A DNA stretch of 64,000 nt from Puniceicoccales bacterium (GCA_031255915.1 JAIRRP010000052.1:2062-66061), one strand, 5' to 3'. Positions 10,205 to 19,915 are shown, counted from the first letter of the stretch. Numbers and translations are program-made. The notes: generated from the sequence alone by a model not told the origin.

Positions 10205-10249
10205 TTTTTTTTGCATCTGAAGAAAAAATATACTAGGAATAACGAAATT
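10205..10249 (+). promoter_or_regulatory. conserved upstream block of the three-member secreted family (copy 1)
   Basis: TTTTTTTTGCATCTGAAGAAAAAATATACTAGGAATAACGAAATT lies directly before the ATG. Near-identical blocks precede the two paralogs at 22133..22181 and 24542..24592 (minus strand). Confidence 0.4.
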
Positions 10250-12289
10250 ATGAAGATGTTAAGTCGCACGGTAAAGACAACCGCATGGGTCTTGGGTCTC
10301 TGGGGAATACTATGGGCGGAAGATACCGATTACCTTCATTTTACCCAACTACCGAGCAAAGTTATCTCTTCGAACCTTATGACTCCGACTTTCTCGGGAT
10401 GTCTAATAGAGGAATCTCGACTAAGGCATGTGCCGTTGGCATCTCCAAAAGGAAGAGAATTATTCCGAATCCAATGGGGGAATGATTACTACCACCATCC
10501 CACTAGTGCCATCATCACTAATCTGGAGAATGATCTGAAGCCATTGCCTCCAGAAAAGAATCCGCGGACATGGTTAGAGCGCTGTGGAAGACCTCAAACG
10601 ACGGCTAATTCTTTTTTTGGCATAAAGGTCGTGGAACAGCCGCCTGGGGATAATACCATGAGATTTCAATTTCGACATTTCTCCATAGGAGCAAATAATC
10701 ACTTCGCCGTGAAGCTCCACAATGCAGAGTGGTTATGCCCATGGGACGATACACCTGGCCTCCATCAGTGCTCTCTTCCCAATGGCTATGTATTGCGCAA
10801 AAAATTCAGCACCAACAGGATGAACACCATCATTCCCAAGTCTCATTGGTTCGCATTCGAACTCCAAGGAATAGGTATCGGTGATATGAATTCAAATCAA
10901 TACAGTTCTTTGCTCTGGTTCGTTTTTCTGCTGCCTCCAGAGTCTCGTGACGATGAGAATGTAGGAGAATTAGGAGTGACGCTTGAGTCCATATATCGGA
11001 ATATAGCCCTTTTTGTCCTGGGGCCCGATGGCATAGATCATAGCGCTGAATTCAATAGATGCAAAAATGCCTTAACCGCTTGCCAAGACGCTTTCAGGAA
11101 TTTTGAAAACTCCAAGTCCTCATTCGATTCCATCATCACTCGATATCAGCAAGAGGCGGATCCTACGCGTATTTCGTTACGATTACAGGCCATTAAGCAA
11201 TCCATTCCTACTTTTAAGTCTGTCTGCGAAAACTACCTACAGGCTAAAACAGAGTGTAAGCAAACTTTTACATCATCTTGGGTTCCTACTAGGTCCCAGG
11301 AGATGCTACCGCAGGTTCCAGATGCTTCTGTTCGACGACAAGAAATACCCAGAAAGGATATCTATAATTCAGGTAACTTCAACAATAGCTTTTATTTTTC
11401 TGACGATGAAGAAGATCATCGCTCACGCATCTATTCAGGCAGTGAATACTTTCCAGAAGCTGTCTGTGTACATAGTTATACAGACTTCGGCCCGATCTTG
11501 TGTGAAAAATTATTCGTGAATCTGCTATGGAACGAAACCGCGAAAGGTGATGCTCTTCGGCAGAGATGTCAAATATTTTTCAATGTGGACGCTTTACCAC
11601 AGGAGCTGCAGGGCTTCCTCTTCGATCCCAATGCTCCGTTTGGGAGATTGCGTTTTCAGATACTTGCACAACCCTACAATGAAGGCCAAAATAAAACCCA
11701 AATCCTGCGGCCCCATTATGCCATCGCCAATGGCATATTCCCTGGAAAGGGCAGTCCTCCATTGGTATATGCGCGTTACGCGATGAGACTTTTCGGCGCC
11801 AACTTCATAGATAACCAGGACAATAACGGAAATGATAGGCATTACGGGCACGCTGGTTTTTTAGGCGAACGGCCACAAGGTTTTCTCCTAAAGGAAGTCA
11901 ATACGCATGAAGGTCTTCAAGGCGGTCTGCCAATGTGGGTCGTATCTCCCAATAATTGCCGCATCGCTGGTACAAATGATTATACCAAAAACAAGGTATT
12001 TTACTCCGTTGTCATCGGGCGTTGTATGGAGTTCAATGAATTCGACAACTGGGAACAGGATAACACGGCCATCGTGACATTGCATATCTTATTATCGACA
12101 GGGGATCATGGAAGCCTGTGCGATGAAATGATGCGCCATGAGGAATCTTACGAAAAGATACAGTCGCTCCCAGTTCTTGCTAAAGCATTATACGACCATT
12201 GGAATGATTCGCATCAAAACGACCATCCTAAACCTGAAAATCCATTCAAAACACTCCATAATTTAGTGAAATTACCAGGTTCTCCATAA
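10250..12289 (+). CDS. secreted protein, family member 1 (shared N-terminal module, unrelated C-terminal domain)
   Basis: The start MKMLSRTVKTTAWVLGLWGILWAED matches the paralog start MKMLSRTLKTAVLVMGIWKTIWADP. Residues ~100-240 align by eye with both paralogs (WLERCGR..., WDDTPGLHQCSLPNGYVLRKK, ELQGIGIG, QYSSLLWF). The C-terminal half has no OTU motifs. Confidence 0.7.
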   Translation: MKMLSRTVKTTAWVLGLWGILWAEDTDYLHFTQLPSKVISSNLMTPTFSGCLIEESRLRHVPLASPKGRELFRIQWGNDYYHHPTSAIITNLENDLKPLPPEKNPRTWLERCGRPQTTANSFFGIKVVEQPPGDNTMRFQFRHFSIGANNHFAVKLHNAEWLCPWDDTPGLHQCSLPNGYVLRKKFSTNRMNTIIPKSHWFAFELQGIGIGDMNSNQYSSLLWFVFLLPPESRDDENVGELGVTLESIYRNIALFVLGPDGIDHSAEFNRCKNALTACQDAFRNFENSKSSFDSIITRYQQEADPTRISLRLQAIKQSIPTFKSVCENYLQAKTECKQTFTSSWVPTRSQEMLPQVPDASVRRQEIPRKDIYNSGNFNNSFYFSDDEEDHRSRIYSGSEYFPEAVCVHSYTDFGPILCEKLFVNLLWNETAKGDALRQRCQIFFNVDALPQELQGFLFDPNAPFGRLRFQILAQPYNEGQNKTQILRPHYAIANGIFPGKGSPPLVYARYAMRLFGANFIDNQDNNGNDRHYGHAGFLGERPQGFLLKEVNTHEGLQGGLPMWVVSPNNCRIAGTNDYTKNKVFYSVVIGRCMEFNEFDNWEQDNTAIVTLHILLSTGDHGSLCDEMMRHEESYEKIQSLPVLAKALYDHWNDSHQNDHPKPENPFKTLHNLVKLPGSP

Positions 12290-12366
12290 GAGGATATCGA
12301 GATTTTCATCCTCGAGGGGCACTTAAAATTATACCAATCCTCAAGCTGGAACCAGAGATTCCTCTT

Positions 12367-14559
12367 GTGACGGATTGGTATTTTCCTATAATCGGTCTCG
12401 CTATGGATGGAGTAACTTATTATCGAGATATACCTCTCATTACAACAGAACAAAAAGACATTCAATCGAATACGCTTAATTTACTCCAGAGTATTGCGAA
12501 ACAAGGAAACATAGAATCCCATGCGTCAGGCCCAAGCGTGGTGAACTTGTCCTCCCTAATGGTCGGCAAAGATTTAAAGGCCCATGGTAAAATTCTCGGA
12601 GATATCGATACGCTGCTAAAAAGGGCCAATTCCGATGGGGGTCTTGAGGGACTTCTCGCACAACAGATCCCTGAAGGGAATCGGGACCAAATCAATCGAG
12701 CTAAGGAGGTTATCTTAGCGACACTCGTCTCGCTACCACAAAGCGAGCGTAAAGCAATTCTAAACGATCCTAAGCGTCTACAATCAATGTGTAAAAACGC
12801 CATCTTTGGATCTTTAATCTCAAAAAACGATAAGGTCTGCGCGATTTGTTCCAGTAATGTTCAAAAATCTCCCGCATACAAAGGTATAAACCAGCTTGAC
12901 AAAAGTGTTCAGCCATTGGTTCGACAGAGTGCCCAGCGGCTGGAAATGCTCATGACTCGAGCGCCAAATCTGAATGAAAAGCAAAAGGAAGATATCCGCA
13001 CAAAGGCGATGGATTTTTTCCAAAAAACGGAATTTAACAATAATACACTCCATTTTCCAATAAAATCTCCCACTCATCACGATTCCAATGCCCTTGCCCA
13101 TTTAGACTCGAAAAGAGCAGACATGCGTCATCTTGGTTATCTCCTAAAGTCTCTTGGAGAAGACACTTATAAGCAATTCACCATCCCTGATCAAATCTTT
13201 ATGCAGCATGGTCAGGGAGATGTAAACGGAGATTTGACACTTAACCAATGGCTAAAGCGTGGTTCTTCTGCAGATAAGCCACTCAACGTTTCGGTTTCTA
13301 ACGAATACCTCCCAAATCAATCGCCATCACCGGGATCATCCCAAAATCTACAAAAGCCGATAACATCTTCATCATCGAGTTTCAACCCAGTAATACCGGA
13401 GAATACAAAACCAATGCAGCTGAATGTGACGAATTCAGATTCAATATCGCCACAACCATGGATACCGCAAAGTAAACTACCGCAAACACCATTTAGACAG
13501 CCAACTGCTCTATTTAGGTCGAAACAAACGTCAAACACCATGCCGAGGGCGCAAGATACGCACCTAAAAATAGATCTGCTACAGGCAAATCTAGAGCCAT
13601 CTTTAACTACACCGACATATGCATCAACGCCGCCAAATCCACGGGCAATCCAAACTAAAGCGCCAATGTCACCAGGTTATCCGGTACAAATGCCAGGCTC
13701 TCCGCCACAATCAAAGGTAAATACATCGTCAGAGCTAAAGCCGGAGATAAGTCTAAAGGAACAATTACAAACGGCGAAATCGAAATTGACAAAAACCGAT
13801 GCGCCGGTGGTTAAAGGAATACAGAAGCCTCAATTGAGTCCAGAAACCCAGGCTATGCAGGATCAAGTGAAGACTTTTTATACAGGATCATCAGGAAATG
13901 TTCCGGATACCATTGATCACAGGAGGACCAGGGACGCACTCAACAATTTGCTACAATTTTCAGAACCATTTCTTTCCCCATCTTCAGATTTTCATGAAAC
14001 AATAAATCAGTTTCTTTATGTTTTAGATAACGTAAATTCACGCATTGCCTACTGCGATAACAATGGTGAACGAGAATTAATGCTCAGCGTTCTAAAATTC
14101 GTCGATACTCATATGGATCCGTTTTTAACCAATGCATTTAATCAAAGTCCTGCTGAACAACGCCTAAGTATTATGAACGGCAGCAAAGCTGCCAGGGATC
14201 AAATGACGAGTAACATTGAGCGCCTAAACCACGGTATTAAAAAGGATAGAGACATAGAGAAAACAAGAGATGAAATGATGTCCACATCACTAGAATGTCT
14301 GGATAAAGTCAAAACCGACCCGAAGGCAAATCTCGACGATATAGCAGGAACGCTCATAAAAGAGATAAAGAAGGACCCCAATTTTGCCTATATACTTGCG
14401 TCAATGGATGAACCTAGTAGTCCGGATGAATCTGATAAGTTATCACCGCTTCAGCAATTGATAAATGGTTCTCCCACATTTAAAAACTACATAAACGATA
14501 AAGAAAATGAAAAGGTTAAAGCTAACCTTCTAGATGGTAATTCTAAATTATCATTTTAG
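12367..14559 (+). CDS. large hypothetical protein with a central Pro/Ser-rich tract (effector-like)
   Basis: 730-aa ORF with a GTG start (start uncertain; the next Met is at 12403) and no signal peptide. Low-complexity P/S/Q-rich region at about residues 315-455. Helical C-terminal part. Confidence 0.6.
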   Translation: MTDWYFPIIGLAMDGVTYYRDIPLITTEQKDIQSNTLNLLQSIAKQGNIESHASGPSVVNLSSLMVGKDLKAHGKILGDIDTLLKRANSDGGLEGLLAQQIPEGNRDQINRAKEVILATLVSLPQSERKAILNDPKRLQSMCKNAIFGSLISKNDKVCAICSSNVQKSPAYKGINQLDKSVQPLVRQSAQRLEMLMTRAPNLNEKQKEDIRTKAMDFFQKTEFNNNTLHFPIKSPTHHDSNALAHLDSKRADMRHLGYLLKSLGEDTYKQFTIPDQIFMQHGQGDVNGDLTLNQWLKRGSSADKPLNVSVSNEYLPNQSPSPGSSQNLQKPITSSSSSFNPVIPENTKPMQLNVTNSDSISPQPWIPQSKLPQTPFRQPTALFRSKQTSNTMPRAQDTHLKIDLLQANLEPSLTTPTYASTPPNPRAIQTKAPMSPGYPVQMPGSPPQSKVNTSSELKPEISLKEQLQTAKSKLTKTDAPVVKGIQKPQLSPETQAMQDQVKTFYTGSSGNVPDTIDHRRTRDALNNLLQFSEPFLSPSSDFHETINQFLYVLDNVNSRIAYCDNNGERELMLSVLKFVDTHMDPFLTNAFNQSPAEQRLSIMNGSKAARDQMTSNIERLNHGIKKDRDIEKTRDEMMSTSLECLDKVKTDPKANLDDIAGTLIKEIKKDPNFAYILASMDEPSSPDESDKLSPLQQLINGSPTFKNYINDKENEKVKANLLDGNSKLSF

Positions 14560-14758
14560 GATGAGCTCGTGTCCGCAAGGAGGTAGCGAAGAACCGGCCT
14601 ATCCGGATGGATTATCGTCACCTCTTTTCAAAGCTACAAAAGCTGACACCATTTTAAAGCATCGAAGGAGAAATATCTTAAGCTAGAGTTCATGGACTAG
14701 ATTTTTCTTGCGTCTACGGAGAAAATTCACAGAATAGAATTCCTAGTTTAGGGAAGGT

Positions 14759-16435
14759 ATGGTAAGGATAAGGACAGGGAAGATAGGGAATGCAGATCAA
14801 GAAGTGTCAAAGACGGGAAAGAATGCACGTAGCATCAAGTCCTATAAAGGTGATCAAAGCATCGCTAGAAAATCTGGATCATCGAGCTTTATAGAGAGCC
14901 TCAATGGTAAAGGTCTCAAAGGGTTTATTGCTAGTAAGACAGGACTACTAGGCAGATTATCCGGTAACCACACTGCAAAGATGAAAATCATGCAAGCGGT
15001 ATCCAATATGACGAAGGATATCGTTAATGATGATGATAGAGAAATCGCCGGTAAAGATTTTATCAGAAGCGAGTTTAAAGAAGTAGCCCAAGATCCTAGA
15101 TACAAGCACCTTGTTGCAAGTGCCCTGGGTTCAGCTATGGGTGGTGCAGCTTGGATTAAGAAAAGAGATGCTAATGGCGATGCGACTGCTCTCTCAAAAA
15201 ATGCGCTCGAAACCTTTATGAACCTTGTCGAGGAGGGTGTTTTGACAGATAAAGACATACAAACAGTCATGGAAAAACTAGGCCCAAAGGGGACTGGTGC
15301 CCTGCAGAACCCAGATTCTCCATTCTGGAAAGGCCTTCAGAAACTTTCTGAGGAATCGCGCGTCAAGTTGGCCGACATCATCCTTACATCTCAGACTTAT
15401 CAGGAAAAGAATGCACGACTTCAGGAAATAAAGACAACATTGAATAACGCCATTAGTGGAGATAAACCCCTGGCAGAGTTAAATAGTGCTCTCTTTGACT
15501 GTGACGACGTAGAGAAACAATACCTTCTTGAGAGGAATGGATTCCAAATACCTCAAAATATCGATACCCTCGAAATGTGCGATCATAAGATTAAGGAAAT
15601 AACCACCGATTTTCGAGGTGGAGCAAGAGGAGTACGTGATGGAGTAGCAGACAGCGAAGCTCTCGCTAAGCACCTCGCCGATAAAACGAAACAGGTCCTT
15701 CAAAACGCCCCGAAAAATACTGAGGTACAAAAAGCGTTGACCCAATGCCAAGAATTATTCGCCGAAGCCCAAGGTCTAGAAAAAGAGATTTTCTCGCTCC
15801 GGTCGAGTATCATAAATGGTCAGCACGGCTACTCACTTGAAAAGGCTTTGGATAAAAAAATTGCAGATGACAAGAAGTTAGGAAAAGCTGGTATCACCAC
15901 CTATACGGAGTGGCTGGCAAAAATTACAGAAAGGACCAAGAAAAAACATGACATAGATGATGACATAGCAAAGGCACTTTCGTTAGAGCTAAATGACCCT
16001 CAACGACTACCAGAAATCAATAAATGCGCCAATAAGCTCATAGATTATGCCGATTTTTTCATCAAAAATGCAAAGATAGAAGAGGACATCATGGCCAATC
16101 GAGATGCTCTAAAACTACCCAAACCTCCTATGAATGAAGTGTTTTCTCAAGGCGGTACGGGCGATCTCTTGCAATTTGGCATTAATCAATGTATAAAGTT
16201 ATTAACAGAGGGCATAAAGAGTGCGATTCAAGTCCACGTTCCCGAGGGCAAACTAGAAGCATTTACTAAAAAACTTGACATTATCCAAGCACAAGGTTCA
16301 TCGGGTGGGCTGATGCGTTTTATAAAAAATGTAGCCCAAAATCCAAGAACCTATGGTTTACCAGAAGATTTTCAAATACCAGATAGCCTGAATCAGCTCG
16401 TGGATATCGCTGAAGAATTCAACAAGTTTGCCTAA
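14759..16435 (+). CDS. large hypothetical protein (effector-like, Lys/Glu-rich helical)
   Basis: 558-aa ORF with AGGGAAGG upstream of the ATG, a Ser/Lys-rich disordered N-terminus, and no recognisable motif. Confidence 0.6.
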   Translation: MVRIRTGKIGNADQEVSKTGKNARSIKSYKGDQSIARKSGSSSFIESLNGKGLKGFIASKTGLLGRLSGNHTAKMKIMQAVSNMTKDIVNDDDREIAGKDFIRSEFKEVAQDPRYKHLVASALGSAMGGAAWIKKRDANGDATALSKNALETFMNLVEEGVLTDKDIQTVMEKLGPKGTGALQNPDSPFWKGLQKLSEESRVKLADIILTSQTYQEKNARLQEIKTTLNNAISGDKPLAELNSALFDCDDVEKQYLLERNGFQIPQNIDTLEMCDHKIKEITTDFRGGARGVRDGVADSEALAKHLADKTKQVLQNAPKNTEVQKALTQCQELFAEAQGLEKEIFSLRSSIINGQHGYSLEKALDKKIADDKKLGKAGITTYTEWLAKITERTKKKHDIDDDIAKALSLELNDPQRLPEINKCANKLIDYADFFIKNAKIEEDIMANRDALKLPKPPMNEVFSQGGTGDLLQFGINQCIKLLTEGIKSAIQVHVPEGKLEAFTKKLDIIQAQGSSGGLMRFIKNVAQNPRTYGLPEDFQIPDSLNQLVDIAEEFNKFA

Positions 16436-16532
16436 TGCTTGCAAAGAAGTCATGCCATTAAGTTTTTCAAAAGCCTTTACATCCATTTTCTGTTCTTGCC
16501 ATAGCTATCCTTAGGTTTTCCATGGACATTCC

Positions 16533-18140
16533 ATGAAGCATATCTTCGTGACCGGTGGGGTAGTATCTTCACTGGGTAAGGGCCTGACGTCGGGAGCACT
16601 GGGAGCGTTATTGGAATGCCATGGACTTCGGGTCGAACTGCAAAAATTTGACCCCTATTTAAACCTCGATCCGGGCACCATGAGTCCCCTACAACACGGC
16701 GAAGTCTATGTGCTGGATGATGGAACCGAAACCGACCTCGACCTGGGCCATTACGAGCGCTTCACCCACGCGATCCTTTCGAGGGAAAATTCCCTCACCG
16801 CCGGAAGAATTTACGAAAGTGTACTGCAGAAAGAACGCAACGGGGATTACCTGGGCCAAACCGTCCAAGTCATTCCCCACATAACGGATGAAATCAAATC
16901 TCACCTGCGCCGAGTCGATACGGGAGCCGATCTGTGTATTACGGAAATCGGTGGTACGATCGGCGACATCGAGAGCTTGCCATTCCTGGAAGCACTGAGG
17001 CAATTCGCCCTCGAGGAAGGTCGCGAAAATGTGCTCTTCATGCACCTTACGCTTCTGCTTTACCTGCGTTCCGCTGAAGAACTCAAAACGAAGCCGACGC
17101 AGCAGAGTGTCGCCAAATTACGCGAGATCGGTATCCAGCCCGATATTCTCGTCTGTCGTACCGAACAACCGATTACGCCCACCATACGGCAGAAAATTAG
17201 CCTATTTTGCAACGTCCCGCCGCAGGCTGTCGTCGAAGAACGCGATCTGCAGCATTCCATCTATGAACTTCCCCATGTCCTGCACCAGGAAAAACTCGAT
17301 GCACTCGTACTTCAGCACCTGCAATTGGCTCCAAGGGAATGTCACATCGAGGTCTGGGAAAAAATTTCACAGCAAATCCAACAGACAAAGCCCATTTACC
17401 ACATCGGCCTCATCGGCAAGTACATCTCTTGCAAAGATGCCTACAAATCGATCTATGAAGCATTGGCCCACGCCGGGATTGCGCTCTCGTGCTCCGTAAA
17501 AGCGGTGGCCATTGACTCCGAAACACTGCTGTCCGAAAAGGATTGCCATGAGCAGCTACGGACGCTCGACGGGATCCTCACCCCAGGTGGATTCGGTACC
17601 CGTGGGATCGAAGGAAAAATCCTCGCCGCCAATTATGCACGAGAGCATGCCATTCCCTACTTCGGCATCTGCCTCGGTATGCAAGTCGCTGCGATTGCCT
17701 TTGCCCGCAACGTCCTTCAATGGCCACATGCCAACAGCACGGAATTCGACCCACAAACGCCCCATCCCATCATTTGCCGCATGGCCGGACAAAAAGATAC
17801 CGATGTCAAAGGCGGTAGTATGCATCTCGGTGCCATAACATGCCACCTATCAGCAGGAACTCTCTCCCAAAAGGCCTACGGGAAGAACTACATCTCCGAA
17901 CGCCATCGCCATCGCTACGAATTCAACAGCACCTTCGAAGAAGAGTTCCAAAAACACGGAATGGTCATCACTGGCCGGTGCCTCGACAATCATGCGATCG
18001 AAATCCTCGAAATCCCGGCACATCCGTGGTACGTGGCTGTACAATTTCACCCAGAATTCCTGTCGAAACCATGGCAAGCTCACCCATTATTTCGATCATT
18101 CCTCCAGGCTGCTTCACATCATGGCCACGCCAACGATTAA
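16533..18140 (+). CDS. pyrG: CTP synthase
   Basis: MKHIFVTGGVVSSLGKG N-terminus and a glutaminase domain with GICLGMQ and HRHRYEFN. Confidence 0.95.
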   Translation: MKHIFVTGGVVSSLGKGLTSGALGALLECHGLRVELQKFDPYLNLDPGTMSPLQHGEVYVLDDGTETDLDLGHYERFTHAILSRENSLTAGRIYESVLQKERNGDYLGQTVQVIPHITDEIKSHLRRVDTGADLCITEIGGTIGDIESLPFLEALRQFALEEGRENVLFMHLTLLLYLRSAEELKTKPTQQSVAKLREIGIQPDILVCRTEQPITPTIRQKISLFCNVPPQAVVEERDLQHSIYELPHVLHQEKLDALVLQHLQLAPRECHIEVWEKISQQIQQTKPIYHIGLIGKYISCKDAYKSIYEALAHAGIALSCSVKAVAIDSETLLSEKDCHEQLRTLDGILTPGGFGTRGIEGKILAANYAREHAIPYFGICLGMQVAAIAFARNVLQWPHANSTEFDPQTPHPIICRMAGQKDTDVKGGSMHLGAITCHLSAGTLSQKAYGKNYISERHRHRYEFNSTFEEEFQKHGMVITGRCLDNHAIEILEIPAHPWYVAVQFHPEFLSKPWQAHPLFRSFLQAASHHGHAND

Positions 18141-18816
18141 ATCACATCCCGAACTGGCCCAAACCGCCATCCTACTCCTCGCCGCCGGAAGTAGCCAGCG
18201 CATGGGCGGAAAAATCGCCGATAAATGCCTATTCCCTCTCCGAGGGAAAATCCTCCTGAGCTATGCCTATGAGGCCTTCCAATCCATCGGCAATTGGCAA
18301 GAGATCGTGATTGTTTACCGCGATGAAGCGCAGCAAAAATTATTGGCACCCTATTTCTCGCCAGCCGTCACATGGGTCTCCGGAGCCACGACCCGAGCGC
18401 TTTCCGTCTTCAATGCACTGGAATATCTCCATCGACAAGCAACTCCCCCTCGATGGGTCTTGATTCACGACGGTGCGCGGCCCTACATTGCCCAAGAACT
18501 CATTGAAAAAATCTTCCTAGAAACACTGAAAAAAGGGTCTGCGATCCCGGCCAAAGAAGTCACCGACACGCTCGTGCAAAAGGACTCTCTTCAGGGCATC
18601 TACCACTACCCTCGTCGACAGGACTACCTTCGGGTAGAAACGCCACAGGGATTTACTTTTTCCCTACTTTATCAGGCCTACCGATCACAGCTGCACGATT
18701 TGTCTTCCTTTACGGATGACAGTGCCATTTACCAAACCCAATCTCCGCTCCATTTCGTCGTCCATCCCATGCGGAACGACAAAATCACATTCGCTGAAGA
18801 ACTCCAGTATTGCTAG
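18121..18816 (+). CDS. ispD: 2-C-methyl-D-erythritol 4-phosphate cytidylyltransferase
   Basis: LLLAAGSSQRMG motif, IHDGARP, ETPQGF. The start was trimmed to the ATG at 18121, a 20-nt overlap with pyrG. The listed 17992 start lies inside pyrG. Confidence 0.85.
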   Translation: MATPTIKSHPELAQTAILLLAAGSSQRMGGKIADKCLFPLRGKILLSYAYEAFQSIGNWQEIVIVYRDEAQQKLLAPYFSPAVTWVSGATTRALSVFNALEYLHRQATPPRWVLIHDGARPYIAQELIEKIFLETLKKGSAIPAKEVTDTLVQKDSLQGIYHYPRRQDYLRVETPQGFTFSLLYQAYRSQLHDLSSFTDDSAIYQTQSPLHFVVHPMRNDKITFAEELQYC

Positions 18817-18943
18817 CGATGAGAAAAAAAATTCCCCTTTTGTCTTTCAGGATTCCTCTTACCTCTTATCCTGTAGAACAAAAAAAGGCTATGCCTGGTT
18901 TCCAAACTAGTTTAAGTTACATGGCTCATCACTTTATGACGCC

Positions 18944-19915
18944 ATGAAATTACAGCGCGTGGGTGTTATCGGTGCCACAGGTCTCGTAGGACAGGCCATC
19001 GTTGAGTGGTTGCTGCGCTTTGGATATTTACCAGACTACATCTCGCTCTTCGCCTCCCAGAGCTCAGACGGGAAATCACTGACCCTAGGTCAGAAGAACT
19101 TCTCGGTGCTCTCCCTGACGGAGAAAGCCATCCAGACCCTCGACGTCGCCCTCTTCGCGACCGATGCCGCCGTGAGTCGCCAATGGATATCCATCGCCCA
19201 ATCCCGCGGTGTCGTATGTATCGACAACAGCTCCGCCTTCCGACAGGATCCATCGGTTCCACTCGTCATCCCCGAAGTCAATGGTCATGTACTCGCCACC
19301 CATCCGCAAGTCATAGCGAGTCCCAACTGCTCGACGATAATTGCGCTGCTGGCATTGGCGCCACTACATCACACCCTGCGCATGAAAGCCTTCACGGCAT
19401 GTACCTACCAAGCGGTTTCCGGCAACGGCACAGAAGGACTCAGGACATTGGAACGTGAACGACAGTGCGGTGACAGTTTTTCTGAAATTTATTCGGATCG
19501 GATCGAAGGCAATGTCATCGCCTCCATTGGGATACCCCAAGGAAACGGCTTTACCGACGAAGAGGAAAAATTATGCCATGAGAGCCGAAAAATTCTAGCA
19601 TCTCCGGAACTACAAGCTACGGCGACCTGCGTTCGCGTTCCCGTTGAGCGAGCGCACTCCATGGCTCTACAAGCGCGCTTCGAAAGCTCTGTCGACTTGG
19701 CAATGGCTGAAGAGCAGCTGCGCTATGCACCGGGCATACATTATACACTTACCTCCGTCGCGACACCATTTCGCTGCGCCTGGAACGAAGATTGTTTCGT
19801 CAGTCGCCTGCGGAAAGATCCCTTCGATGACAAGCAGCTTCTCCTCTGGACCGTTGGTGATCAGATATGGAAAGGCGCGGCTCTGAACGTCGTTCAGATT
19901 CTCAACCGCCTCTGA
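18944..19915 (+). CDS. asd: aspartate-semialdehyde dehydrogenase
   Basis: VGVIGATGLVGQ, IASPNCSTI (active-site Cys) and TYQAVSGNG. Confidence 0.9.
   Translation: MKLQRVGVIGATGLVGQAIVEWLLRFGYLPDYISLFASQSSDGKSLTLGQKNFSVLSLTEKAIQTLDVALFATDAAVSRQWISIAQSRGVVCIDNSSAFRQDPSVPLVIPEVNGHVLATHPQVIASPNCSTIIALLALAPLHHTLRMKAFTACTYQAVSGNGTEGLRTLERERQCGDSFSEIYSDRIEGNVIASIGIPQGNGFTDEEEKLCHESRKILASPELQATATCVRVPVERAHSMALQARFESSVDLAMAEEQLRYAPGIHYTLTSVATPFRCAWNEDCFVSRLRKDPFDDKQLLLWTVGDQIWKGAALNVVQILNRL

Noticed and set aside
10205-10249. Reading the conserved TTGCAT in the family upstream block as a sigma54 -12 element, or as a sigma70 -35 paired with TATACT.
   Set aside because: No GG-containing -24 element lies at the required distance in any of the three copies. 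TATACT is only 12 nt from TTGCAT and is not conserved in copy 2. The block is reported as conserved sequence only.
17992-18120. Long 5' extensions of ispD (17992), skp (33638), pheS (44328), rnc (to 60099), xseB (3801) and the MGxxxS ORF (25974).
   Set aside because: The extensions overlap the preceding gene or the tRNA. The conserved protein alignments begin at internal ATGs with ribosome-binding sites, so the coordinates were trimmed.
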